From: an uncultured Chloroflexia bacterium
GTDB taxonomy: Bacteria > Chloroflexota > Limnocylindria > Limnocylindrales > CSP1-4
DNA: 64,000 nt
Reading direction: 5' to 3'
Assembly (NCBI GenBank): GCA_963717255.1
Contig: CAVQVT010000009.1
Span: 46,830-110,829 of the forward strand
Both the position numbers and the translations under genes were made by a program. Position 1 is the first letter of the stretch, and each line of letters starts with the position of its first letter. Below the pieces are notes generated by a model. The model saw only the letters and a list, made by a program, of their open reading frames with translations, searched no databases and was not told the origin of the DNA. Below are positions 9,989-22,481 of the stretch, piece after piece.

Positions 9989-10801
9989 TCAGCCGTGGAT
10001 GTCGCGCCGCTCCCACGCGATCGCCGCCAGCGCGACGCAGGCGACGGCGAGCGCGGCAAGGGCGGCGACGTGCACCGGCTCGAACCCGTTCCGGAGCGGG
10101 TCGTTGCCGATGTACCAGTAGAACGGCGAGAGGACCTGCAGGTCCTCCATGCCCTCCACGAGCGGCGCGAGCGCGTTCACGAAGTACGCGACGACCGCCA
10201 GGATGAGCGCGATCGCGAAGGCCGCCATCCGCTTCGCGAGGAGCGCGCCGACGAGAAGCGCCACCGCCCCGAACGCGATGCCGAGCAGGCCGCAGTTCAC
10301 GAGGCTCGCGCCGATCCGGTCGAACGGGAGGTCGACGTCGAAGAGCAGGGCGGCGACGACGACGCCCACCCAGATGGCGAACGCGACGATGAGCGTCCAG
10401 AGGACCATCGCCGCGGACTTCTCCAGGACCACGCGCCACCGGCGGATCGGGTTCGCGAGAAGCAGGTCGGCCGTCCCGCCCTCCTCCTCGCCCGCGGTGG
10501 CGCTCGCGCCGAGGGCGATCCCGACGGCGAGAAGCAGGAGGGGTCCGACGAAGCTGAACAGCTCGATGTTCAGGTAGCCCTCGGCTGTCGAGATGTCGAG
10601 CCCGGTGGATGCGAACAGGGCCCGGTAGGCCTCGGGCAGCTGGTCCATGAACTCCTGCATGACGCCTGCGGATCCGAACGACGGATAGAGCGCGACGTAC
10701 ATGCCCGGCATGAAGGCGGCGAAGAGGGACCACCCGAGGATCGCCCGCCACTGGTCGTGGAGGCACTTCCAGAAGACGCTACGCAGCTGCATCGCCCGCA
10801 T
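9989..10801 (-). CDS. ABC-2 type exporter permease
   Basis: Hydrophobic 270-aa tail of track ORF 9989..11404, starting MRAMQLRSVFWKCLHDQW. It overlaps the upstream ATPase gene by 23 nt. Confidence 0.75.
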   Translation of the reverse strand: MRAMQLRSVFWKCLHDQWRAILGWSLFAAFMPGMYVALYPSFGSAGVMQEFMDQLPEAYRALFASTGLDISTAEGYLNIELFSFVGPLLLLAVGIALGASATAGEEEGGTADLLLANPIRRWRVVLEKSAAMVLWTLIVAFAIWVGVVVAALLFDVDLPFDRIGASLVNCGLLGIAFGAVALLVGALLAKRMAAFAIALILAVVAYFVNALAPLVEGMEDLQVLSPFYWYIGNDPLRNGFEPVHVAALAALAVACVALAAIAWERRDIHG

Positions 10802-11684
10802 CCCCGTAGTAGGCGAGGAAGATCTCCTCGAGGGTGGGCTCGGTCGTGGCGACGTCGACGAGCTCGAAGGCCGCGGCGGTCTTGAAGAGGGCGTCCACGG
10901 ACCCGACGACGCTGCAGCCGACGACCGAGCCATCCACCGTGAGGTCGTGGAGGCCCGGGACCCCGGCGAAGGCGTCGGCCGGGACGGGCGCGCCGAAGCG
11001 GAGCTCCAGGCGGCGCATCTCCCGGGTCTTGAGCTCGGACACGCGTTCGACCGCGAGGAGCCGGCCCTCCCGGACGATGCCGACGCGGTCGCACGTGCGC
11101 TCGATCTCCGGGAGGACGTGGCTCGACATGAAGACCGTGCGGCCCTCCGCGCGCGCCTCCTCGAGGAGCCGGTAGAACGACTGCTGAACGAAGGGGTCCA
11201 GTCCCTGGGTCGGCTCGTCGAGGATGACGAGCTCCGGGCGGCCCATGAGGGCCTGGACCAGGCCGACCTTCTGGCGGTTCCCGTGGGAGAGCGTGCGGAT
11301 CTCGCGCGAGATGTCGAGGTCCAGCGCCTCGGCGATCCGGGCCGCGTCCGCGCCGTCGGGACGCGTCCGCAGGTGGCCGAAGTAGGCGAAGAGCTCACGC
11401 GCACTGAGCGATCCGTAGAGCCGGAGCTCGCCCGGGAGGTACCCCACGCGGCGGCGGATCGCGAGGCCGTCGCGGTGGGAGTCGAGTCCGAAGACGTCCG
11501 CCCGGCCCTCCGTGGGCCGGATGAGGTCGAGGAGGAGACGGATCGTCGTCGTCTTCCCAGCGCCGTTCGGCCCCAGGTACCCGAAGACCTCGCCCCGGAC
11601 GACCTCCAGGTCCAACCCCGTGATCCCGCGGCTCCGTCCGTACCTCTTCGTCAGTCCGTGCGTCCGGACGACCGCATCCGCCAC
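10779..11684 (-). CDS. ABC transporter ATP-binding protein (ABC-2/drug-exporter type)
   Basis: GPNGAGKTT Walker A, LSHGNRQKV signature, LVILDEPTQGLD Walker B. GTG start preceded by GGGAGGTG. Confidence 0.9.
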   Translation of the reverse strand: MADAVVRTHGLTKRYGRSRGITGLDLEVVRGEVFGYLGPNGAGKTTTIRLLLDLIRPTEGRADVFGLDSHRDGLAIRRRVGYLPGELRLYGSLSARELFAYFGHLRTRPDGADAARIAEALDLDISREIRTLSHGNRQKVGLVQALMGRPELVILDEPTQGLDPFVQQSFYRLLEEARAEGRTVFMSSHVLPEIERTCDRVGIVREGRLLAVERVSELKTREMRRLELRFGAPVPADAFAGVPGLHDLTVDGSVVGCSVVGSVDALFKTAAAFELVDVATTEPTLEEIFLAYYGDAGDAAA

Positions 11685-11886
11685 GCCGCACCTCCCTCGT
11701 CCGCGGGCTGCCGATCGGTGTCGGCCCCGTCACCGCCGCGGACGGACGAGACCGCCGGTCGCGTCCGGCGGCTTCTGGGACATCGTCCACCCCCGACCGG
11801 GTGCCGCGGAAGGGCCGGACGTCGGGACCGCCGCGCCGAGCGGCAGGGATGGGCGGAGCGGCTCGGGAACGGCGATCGGGGCCCGG

Positions 11887-12267
11887 TCAGTCCTCGACCC
11901 GGGTCGCCTGCGACCAGACGACCTGCCACCGGCCGTCACGCCGCTCGTACAGGTCCATGTGCCGATACCGGCGCCGCACGGTGGGTGCCCCGTCGACGAC
12001 GAACGCGATCTCGGCGGGGTATCGAAGCACGGCGGCGTCGCCGTGGAGCCGGACGTCGATCTCGCCCGGGTCCCAGGCGGCGTACGCGATGTCGCCCGAA
12101 CGGACCGCCTCGAGGTACCGGGCCTTCGAGAGCACCCGCCCGGATGGCGTCACGAGCTCGAAGTCGTCCGCGTGGAGCCGGGCCGCTCGGTCGACGTCAC
12201 GACTCACGAGAGCGCCGAGGCGGTCGCGCTCGATCGAGGCGATCTCGCTCACTGTCGCGTCCGTCAC
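11887..12267 (-). CDS. SnoaL-like / DUF4440 (NTF2-fold) protein
   Basis: 127 codons, VTDATVSEIASIERDRLGALVSRDVDRAARLHADDFELVTPSG... GTGA overlap with the HAD gene stop, and GGAGGAGG SD. Confidence 0.65.
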   Translation of the reverse strand: MTDATVSEIASIERDRLGALVSRDVDRAARLHADDFELVTPSGRVLSKARYLEAVRSGDIAYAAWDPGEIDVRLHGDAAVLRYPAEIAFVVDGAPTVRRRYRHMDLYERRDGRWQVVWSQATRVED

Positions 12268-13130
12268 CCGGCACCTCCTCCCGGCTCGAACGTCCGTGGC
12301 TGCGCCGCGAGGATCGCGACGATCTCTTCGAGCGCGTCGATCTCGATGTCCGGCGGGGGCGCGCCGGGCTCCGGGTCCCGCCCCGCACCGGGCAGCGGGG
12401 ACCCTGCGTTGCCGGCGTGGAGCCAGGCCGCCCGCCAGCCGGCGCGAAGCGCCCCGGCGACGTCGGCGCGCGGGTCGTCGCCCACGTGGAGGATCGTGCC
12501 GCCCGGCGCCCCCTCCAGACCGAGCGCGCGTTCCGCGGCACGGAAGATCGCCGGGTCGGGCTTGATCGCGCCCACGTCGGCAGAGACGACGACCGCGGAG
12601 AGGTACGGCCGCCAGCCTGCGTGGTCCACGAACGCCTCGATCGTGGCGGTGTGGGGCCAGTTCGAGAGGATCCCCACCGGCCGGGACGCAGCGACGGCGG
12701 CCAGCACGCGGTCGACCCCGTGCGGGATCGGGATGCCTGCGACCCACCGGTCGCGGTAGGCGTCGAGTGCCCACGCGACATCCGCCGGGTCGACGATGGC
12801 GTCCACGGCGCCGTCGTCCCACCGGACGTCGAGTGGCGGAGCCGGCATCCCCCGCGACCGCGCGATGAGCCGCGCGAACCGGCGGGCCATATCCATCTCA
12901 CGGCCCTCGGGGACGTCCTCGCGCATCTGCCGGTCGCGCTCCTCTGCCCATGCCGCGAGAAACGCCTCGCGGTCGCCGAGGCCCATCCGGTCCACGACGT
13001 CGCTGGCGGCCTCGCGGACGACCGCCCGGAACGCCGGTCCCGAGACGGGCACGAGGGTGTCGCCGAAGTCGAACGTGATCGCGCGGATCGCACCGGCGTC
13101 GAACGAGCCGCCCAGGGGCCGGGTCCCCAC
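12264..13130 (-). CDS. HAD superfamily hydrolase
   Basis: ITFDFGDTL (motif I DxD), ILSNW (motif II), K...HVGDDPRADV (motifs III/IV). GTG at 13130 lies 11 nt after the helicase stop; start choice is approximate. Confidence 0.75.
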   Translation of the reverse strand: MGTRPLGGSFDAGAIRAITFDFGDTLVPVSGPAFRAVVREAASDVVDRMGLGDREAFLAAWAEERDRQMREDVPEGREMDMARRFARLIARSRGMPAPPLDVRWDDGAVDAIVDPADVAWALDAYRDRWVAGIPIPHGVDRVLAAVAASRPVGILSNWPHTATIEAFVDHAGWRPYLSAVVVSADVGAIKPDPAIFRAAERALGLEGAPGGTILHVGDDPRADVAGALRAGWRAAWLHAGNAGSPLPGAGRDPEPGAPPPDIEIDALEEIVAILAAQPRTFEPGGGAG

Positions 13131-13141
13131 GTCGGCGTCCC

Positions 13142-16100
13142 CTACCGCGCCGCGCTCGACGGGCACACGTCGCGGAACGCGCAGTACCCGCAGGTGACGT
13201 AGTCCGGACGCGGCGTGAAGTCGCCCGCCCGGATGCCGTCCGCCGCGTGGCCGATCAGCATCCTGGCCTTCTCGAGGCGCGCCTCGTCGACCTCGGACCG
13301 GCCCACGAGCCCCGTCTCGAGGAACCGCAGCGCGACCTCGTCCGGCGGCCGGCCGGTCACCGCGAGCCACGCGAGCGCGTAGATCGAGAGCTGGAGCGAT
13401 TCCCGGGCACGCTTCCGCGCCTGGGCGGGGTCGCGCACGTCGCTCGACTTGTAGTCGGTGATGACCACGCGCTCGCCCGCCCCAAACGCCAGCGTCGGGG
13501 TGACGAGGTCGAGGCCGGGCCACATATCCTCGGCGGCCGCGGCGACCGCGCCCGCGCCCGCCGCCTCTCCCGGCCCGTCGGGCCGCGGCAGGATGTCGAC
13601 GCGGTCGAACCGGCCCCGGACCCGGTCACCGGCGAGCGTGAACGAGAACTCCTTCTCGACGTACGCCGGCGGCCCCGTGCCCGACGTCAGCTCGTCCGCC
13701 CGGAACCGCCGGAGGCCCGCATGGCCGGCCGCCCGCCTGGCCTCTTCGTGCTCGCGGGTGAGGAACCCCTCGTTCGTCCAGGCCCGGTCGAACGCCTCGA
13801 CCAGCTCCTCCTCCGTCATCGTCTCGCCGGCCCCCTGCCGGCGGTGGAACTCCTGGACCGCGCGGTGGAGCGCCGCGCCGTAGACGATCGCATGGTGCGG
13901 CGCGATCGGAAGCCGCAGGACATGGACGTAGCGGTACTTGAGCGGACAGGTGAGGTAGTCGTCCACCTGGTAGAAGCTCAGCGACAACGGCCCGCCTGCA
14001 ACCGCCCGCGCGGCGCCCGGAGGGGCGGCCGACCCCGTGCCCGCACGGGCGATCCGCTCCGCTGCCGAGGGTGCCACGGCCGCATCCACGGCCGCGGCAC
14101 CCGGAAGGTCGAGCGCCTCGAGGACGAACGGGCTCGCGCGCCGGGTCCGCTTCCCGCCGTAGTCGGCGGCGTGTGTCAGGACGAGCTCGTCGCGCGCCCG
14201 CGTCATGGCGACGTAGAAGAGCCGCCGCTCCTCCTGGAGGTGGACGTCCCCCGAGGGCGGTGCGCCGGGGTCGGCGAGCCCCTCGGGCAGCTCGAGCCGC
14301 TCCCTCCGGCCCATCGAGGGGAAGCGGCCGGCGACGAGGCCCACCAGGTACACGACCGGGAACTCGAGGCCCTTGGCCTTGTGGACCGTGAGGACGGAGA
14401 CCGCGTCCGTGTCCGGGCCCAGCTCCACCGAGGCCGGGTCGTCGCCCGCCTCGACGAGGGTCCTCAGGTGTGGCACCAGGTGGACGGCGCGGTCGTCATC
14501 GAGCAGCGCGGAGCGGGAGCGGACGATGTCGAAGAAACGCGCCACGTTCAGGAGAGCCTCCTCGTCGCCGGTCGACGCCGGCGCGGCGTAGCGGGCGAGC
14601 AGCCCGCTCTCGCGAAGGAACGCGTAGAGGACCTCGCCGGCCGGCCGCTCGTGCGCGAGGGCGGCGAACCGCCGGAGCTCGGCGACGAGGCGCCCCAGGG
14701 CCGCATGCGTCGCCGGTGCGAGCCGCAGGAGGGACGGCCGCGCCTCGAGCTCCTCGAGCGTCTCCCAGAGCGTCCGGTTCGTGCGCCGGGAGCGGGCGAC
14801 GACCGCGGTCAGGTCCGTCCCGCCGAGGCCGTAGACGTCGGACGCCGCGAGCGCGTACACGTCCGCCGACGACCCAAGGTCCACGATCGCCCGGAGGAAC
14901 GCGAAGAGGAGCCGGACCTCCGGGCGCGCGTACAGCCCGGACGCGCCGGAGAAGCGCCACGGCACGCCGGCCATCGTGAGCGCCCGCAGGAACGGGTCGG
15001 CGTCCGCGTTCGCCCTGACCAGGATCGCGTGGTCGCGCGGCGCGCCGCCGCCCGCGACCCGCGCCGCGATGTCGGATGCGATCGCGTCGGCCTCCTCCGA
15101 GCCTGTCGCGAACGCCCGGTGGCGGACGGGCGCGGGCCGTCCGCCCCGGCGCTCGGCCACGAGGCGCTTGGAGATCCCGGCGCGGGCCTCGAGACGGTCG
15201 GGGTCGTTGAAGCGGACGAGCCGGTACGCGGCGTCGAGGATCGGCGCCCGCGAGCGGTAGTTGCGCCGGAGGACGACCGTCCGGGCCTCCGGGTACCGGT
15301 CGAGGAACCCGAGGATGTTGCTGATCGCCGCCCCGCGGAACCGGTAGATCGACTGGTCGTCGTCGCCGACGACGGTCACGCGCCGGTCGGGCTCGGCGAG
15401 CGTCGCCACGAGCTCCCATTGGGCGCGATTCGTGTCCTGGAACTCATCCACGAGGATGTAGCGGTACCGCGAGCGGAGGCGGGCGAGGGCGGCGGGCGAC
15501 TCGCGGACGAGTCGGAGTGCGAGGCTCACCTGGTCGCCGAAGTCCACGTGGCCTGCCTGCGCCATCAGCTCCTGGTAGCGGGCGAAGGCCCGGGCCAGCT
15601 CGCCCTGGCGGCGTGCGAGGTCCACCGCCGCCGCGGCGGCCTCGCGGCCCGCTGTCGTGGCCCCGGGCGCGTCGGCCCGCACCTCCGCCTCGGCGGCCGC
15701 CCCGATCAGCCGGTCCACCTGCGCGAGGTATGCCGCCGGGTCCACGTCCTCGTCCTTGCACCGGCTGAACAGGGCGACGAGCGCGTCGAGGAATCGCGTC
15801 GGGTCGCCCAGAGGGCGGTACAGGTCGAGGTCGAAGTCGTAGAGCCGCTCGCGCATGAACAGGACCGACTCCGGCCGGGTCAGGACGCGGACGTCGGACG
15901 GCAGACCCAGCTCGAGCGCGGACTCCCGGAGGATGCGGTCGCCGAAGGCGTGGAAGGTCGAGATCGCCGCGTCCGTGTACCCGTACGGGACCAGGCGGTC
16001 CACCCGCTCCTGCATCTCCTCGGCGGCCTTGTCCGTGAACGTGAGCGCGAGGATCTCGGACGGCCGCGCGCGCCGTGTCGCGATGAGCCACGCGATCCGA

Positions 16101-16396
16101 CGCGTGATGACCTGCGTCTTGCCGGTGCCGGCTCCGGCGACCACGAGGAGCGGGCCGCCGTCGTGGGTCACTGCCCGCCGCTGGTCGCGGCTCAGGCCCT
16201 CGAGGAGTGCCTCGACGCCGGCCGGAGGGGCGGTCGCGGCGGCATCGTCGGCCGGACGCGGCCCACGGCGACCCCGGGAACGCGCGGTGGAGGGCGCGGG
16301 GCCGACCTCCGCGTCGGTCCAGACGGGGATCTGCTCGAGGGGGTGCGGCTCGCGACGTCGCGCGGGCCTGCGCGAGGACGAAGCCCGCGTCGCCAC
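13142..16396 (-). CDS. UvrD/PcrA-family DNA helicase fused to a C-terminal PD-(D/E)XK nuclease with Cas4/AddB-type cysteines
   Basis: 1084 aa. AGAGTGKT Walker A, ILVDEFQDTN, VHKAKGLEF. C-terminus has ITDYKS, QLSIYA, and the Cys pattern C...CxxCxxxxxC. Confidence 0.9.
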   Translation of the reverse strand: MATRASSSRRPARRREPHPLEQIPVWTDAEVGPAPSTARSRGRRGPRPADDAAATAPPAGVEALLEGLSRDQRRAVTHDGGPLLVVAGAGTGKTQVITRRIAWLIATRRARPSEILALTFTDKAAEEMQERVDRLVPYGYTDAAISTFHAFGDRILRESALELGLPSDVRVLTRPESVLFMRERLYDFDLDLYRPLGDPTRFLDALVALFSRCKDEDVDPAAYLAQVDRLIGAAAEAEVRADAPGATTAGREAAAAAVDLARRQGELARAFARYQELMAQAGHVDFGDQVSLALRLVRESPAALARLRSRYRYILVDEFQDTNRAQWELVATLAEPDRRVTVVGDDDQSIYRFRGAAISNILGFLDRYPEARTVVLRRNYRSRAPILDAAYRLVRFNDPDRLEARAGISKRLVAERRGGRPAPVRHRAFATGSEEADAIASDIAARVAGGGAPRDHAILVRANADADPFLRALTMAGVPWRFSGASGLYARPEVRLLFAFLRAIVDLGSSADVYALAASDVYGLGGTDLTAVVARSRRTNRTLWETLEELEARPSLLRLAPATHAALGRLVAELRRFAALAHERPAGEVLYAFLRESGLLARYAAPASTGDEEALLNVARFFDIVRSRSALLDDDRAVHLVPHLRTLVEAGDDPASVELGPDTDAVSVLTVHKAKGLEFPVVYLVGLVAGRFPSMGRRERLELPEGLADPGAPPSGDVHLQEERRLFYVAMTRARDELVLTHAADYGGKRTRRASPFVLEALDLPGAAAVDAAVAPSAAERIARAGTGSAAPPGAARAVAGGPLSLSFYQVDDYLTCPLKYRYVHVLRLPIAPHHAIVYGAALHRAVQEFHRRQGAGETMTEEELVEAFDRAWTNEGFLTREHEEARRAAGHAGLRRFRADELTSGTGPPAYVEKEFSFTLAGDRVRGRFDRVDILPRPDGPGEAAGAGAVAAAAEDMWPGLDLVTPTLAFGAGERVVITDYKSSDVRDPAQARKRARESLQLSIYALAWLAVTGRPPDEVALRFLETGLVGRSEVDEARLEKARMLIGHAADGIRAGDFTPRPDYVTCGYCAFRDVCPSSAAR

Positions 16397-16400
16397 GCGG

Positions 16401-16874
16401 TCAGCCCCCGTGCGCGATCCGGAGCGCCTCGGTCTCCTCGGCCGAGAGGGCGGCGTCGGAACGGCCGCCCCGGACCGGCTTCGCGTACATCCGCGTCGCC
16501 TGTCGCGTGTGGAGGCTCGTGAGGATCATCCCGTCGCCGTCGGCGTCGAGGAGCGCGAGGGCGAAGCTCTGGTTCCCGCCCGTGTCCTCGAAGGGGTTGT
16601 AGCGGACGAGCCCGAGACGCTGGAACGCCTTCCGGCCTTCCGCCTCCAGCGTCGCCGTCCGGTGCTGCAGGCCGTCGGTCTCGCGCGCGACCGCGTAGAC
16701 CTTGTCGAGGTGCGTCTCGATCACGCCGGTGAGGCTCTTGCCGTCCACGCCGCGCGTGAGGGACTCCAGGGTCCGCTCGACGCGCCGGAGCCGCGCGACG
16801 AGCCAGGCGCAGGCCACGCACGCGACGGCCGCCAGCGCGAGCGCCGCGAGGGCGAGGACGGTCGGGGTGTCGAT
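16401..16874 (-). CDS. DUF4446 family membrane-anchored protein (start probably non-canonical ATC; canonical GTG at 16817)
   Basis: Track ORF 16401..16817, with NPFEDTGGNQSFALALLDADGDG. The frame stays open upstream as DIDTPTVLALAALALAAVACV, the expected N-terminal TM helix. GGAGG lies 7 nt before ATC at 16874. Confidence 0.65.
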   Translation of the reverse strand: MDTPTVLALAALALAAVACVACAWLVARLRRVERTLESLTRGVDGKSLTGVIETHLDKVYAVARETDGLQHRTATLEAEGRKAFQRLGLVRYNPFEDTGGNQSFALALLDADGDGMILTSLHTRQATRMYAKPVRGGRSDAALSAEETEALRIAHGG

Positions 16875-17085
16875 GTCGGGACCTCCGGGACGGGTGCGGC
16901 CGGGGCTCCGAGTCTAGCAGGGTGGGCCGGCGCCGAGAGGCCCCGACCCGGCCGACGGCGGCCGGCACCGGGCGCGGCGCTGTCCCCGGTGGTATCCTCT
17001 CGCGTCGATGCGTCGCGCGTCCGCGGCGGGCAGCCGCCCGCCTCACGGGACGGCGACGACCAGCCCACGGAGGCTCCGCACGAGA

Positions 17086-17478
17086 ATGGCGAAGCGCCAG
17101 CGCGCCGTCCGCCCCGGACAGCGCCGATCGACCACCCGGTCCGCGTCCAAACCCGTCGCGACGACGGCCGTCCCCGCGCCGGCGACCGGCCTGACCGCGG
17201 CCGAGGAGGCCCGCGCCGCGGAGATCGAGGCGCAGATCGTCGCCGACGAGCGCAGCGCCACCACTGCGTCGGACCGCTCGCGCAGCCGCCGGTCGGATCC
17301 GGACGCCGCGACGCGGGGACGAACCAAGGAGAGCGGCCTGCTCGCCTCGCGGGCCACGCTCGAGTACGCGTACGTCAGCGCCGACCTCCGTCGGATCGCC
17401 ATCGTCGCCGGCGCGCTGTTCGCGCTGATGATCGCGATCTGGGTCGTCCTCAGCCTGACCGGGAACGTCCCGTTCTGA
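17086..17478 (+). CDS. hypothetical basic protein with a C-terminal TM anchor
   Basis: MAKRQRAVRPGQRR...IAIVAGALFALMIAIWVVLSL. GGAGG lies 12 nt upstream of ATG 17086. No family recognised. Confidence 0.45.
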   Translation: MAKRQRAVRPGQRRSTTRSASKPVATTAVPAPATGLTAAEEARAAEIEAQIVADERSATTASDRSRSRRSDPDAATRGRTKESGLLASRATLEYAYVSADLRRIAIVAGALFALMIAIWVVLSLTGNVPF

Positions 17479-17526
17479 TCCCGCGCTGACGTCGGCCGGC
17501 GCCGCACCGGGCCCCGCCCGCGCCGG

Positions 17527-20904
<3,378 letters not shown>

Positions 20905-21118
20905 CGGTCCTTCGGCAGGTCTGACGTATCTCCGTCGAATCGGCAGCCAGACGTGTGCGTAGCCGACGATGCGCCTGTCCGCTCGTCTCGGCCGCGCACC
21001 GGCGGACAGGCGCGGCGACGGACGCCGACCGCGACCACCCGCCCCGGCCTGTACTCTCGGCGCGGACGGTCGCGACGTGCGGCCGGCGACAGCGGGGACC
21101 GGGGACGGCGGGAGGCGC

Positions 21119-22337
21119 GTGTTCAACGGGACGGAGATCGGCGGGCACCTCGACCGGCACGCGCCGCTGGCGGCAAGGCTGCGCCCGCGCTCGCTCGACG
21201 AGGTCGTCGGGCAGCGCCACCTGCTCGGCCCCGACGGGGCCCTCCGGCGCTGGGTGGCCGCGGGGCGGATCCCGGCGCTCGTCCTGTGGGGGCCGCCCGG
21301 CTCCGGCAAGACGACCCTCGGGCGGCTGCTCGCGGACGCACTGGGGCTCGGCTACCTCACGCTCGACGCGACCTCGGAGGGGCTTGCCGGACATGCGGCG
21401 CCGGCTCACCGAGGCGGACACGCTGCGCTCGATCGAGGGCCGCGCACCCGTCCTCTTCGTCGACGAGCTGCACCGGCTGGCGAAGAACCAGCAGGACGGC
21501 CTTCTCGGTGCGGTGGAGACCGGCCGGATCACGCTCGTGGCGGCCACGACAGAGCCGCCGATGGCGGGCGCGGTCATCGCCCCGCTCCTCTCCCGGCTCA
21601 CCGTCCTCCGACTGCAGCCGCTGTCGGACGCCGACCTGCAGGTCCTGCTCGACCGCGGGCTCGCGGCCTGCGCCGCGGACGGGCGGACGATCGTGCCCGA
21701 CGAGGCGGCCGTGCGGAACCTCATCGGCCTCGCGGCGGGCGACGGACGCCGCCTGCTCTCGCTCCTCGAGGGGGCCGTCGCCCTCCTGCCACCGGGCCGC
21801 GAGGAGCTCGACGCGACGTCCGTCATGGCGGCCGCCCAGTCGCGCACCGCGCCGTACGACCGCTCGGGCGCGGTCTCCGCCATGATCAAGAGCATCCGCG
21901 GCGGAGACGAGGAGGCGGCGCTCTACTGGCTCGCCGTCCAGCTCGCGGCGGGCGACGACGGGCGACACGTGGCCCGTCGGCTGGTGGTGGCAGCCGGCGA
22001 GGAGGTCGGCGCCGCGGACCCCGCCGCCCTGCCGATGGCGGTCGCATGCCTGGACGCTGTGGAGCGGGTGGGTCTCCCGGAGGCGCACTACCCCCTGGCC
22101 GCGACGGTGAGCTACCTCGCCCGGACGGCGCGCGACTGGTGGCCGGGCGCGGCGCTCCACCGTGCCGTCGAGCTCGCCGAGGCCGGCGCCGACCCGGTCC
22201 CGCCCCATCTGCGCCCGGCCGCGAAGACCTACCGGCACCCGGCGGAGGACACGGGCGGGAAACGGCAGGAGTACCGGCCGAAGGGCCGGCCAGCCGGCTT
22301 CCTCGGGGATCGGACGCCGCCGACGGAGCGGCACTGA
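21119..22337 (+). CDS. rarA: replication-associated recombination protein A (RarA/MgsA AAA+ ATPase), apparent 1-nt frameshift in GGGG run 21379-21382
   Basis: One frame carries PLAARLRPRSLDEVVGQRHLLG...WGPPGSGKTTLGRLLA...LDATSE. The +1 frame carries GLPDMRRRLTEAD...VLFVDELHRLAKNQQD...ATTEPP...YDRSGAVSAMIKSIRGGD. The GTG start at 21119 is approximate. Confidence 0.8.
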
Positions 22338-22481
22338 GGGCGAGCGACCCGGCGCCGGGCGGGTGCGCGTCGGCCTCCAAGGACCGACCGACCCGGAGGA
22401 CCGGCCTGTGGCCCCGGGGTCGGGTCAATCTGGGAGAATCGGCCGGACGACGGACGTGTCGGGCCGGACCGAGGAGGAGCG

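Noticed and set aside
13247-16522. 1091-aa plus-strand ORF
   Set aside because: It is the exact antisense shadow of the UvrD-nuclease gene, with low-complexity Arg/Pro/Gly sequence.
20905-21119. Riboswitch or leader element upstream of rarA or serA (also 22338-22481)
   Set aside because: I see only generic GC hairpins, for example the palindrome cccggcgccggg after rarA. Nothing matches a conserved riboswitch core that I can recognise by eye.
21379-21382. Programmed ribosomal frameshifting as the explanation for the split genes
   Set aside because: There are no slippery heptamers or downstream pseudoknots. The breaks occur in unrelated genes where a single fused product is the universal form, so indel error or decay is far more likely.
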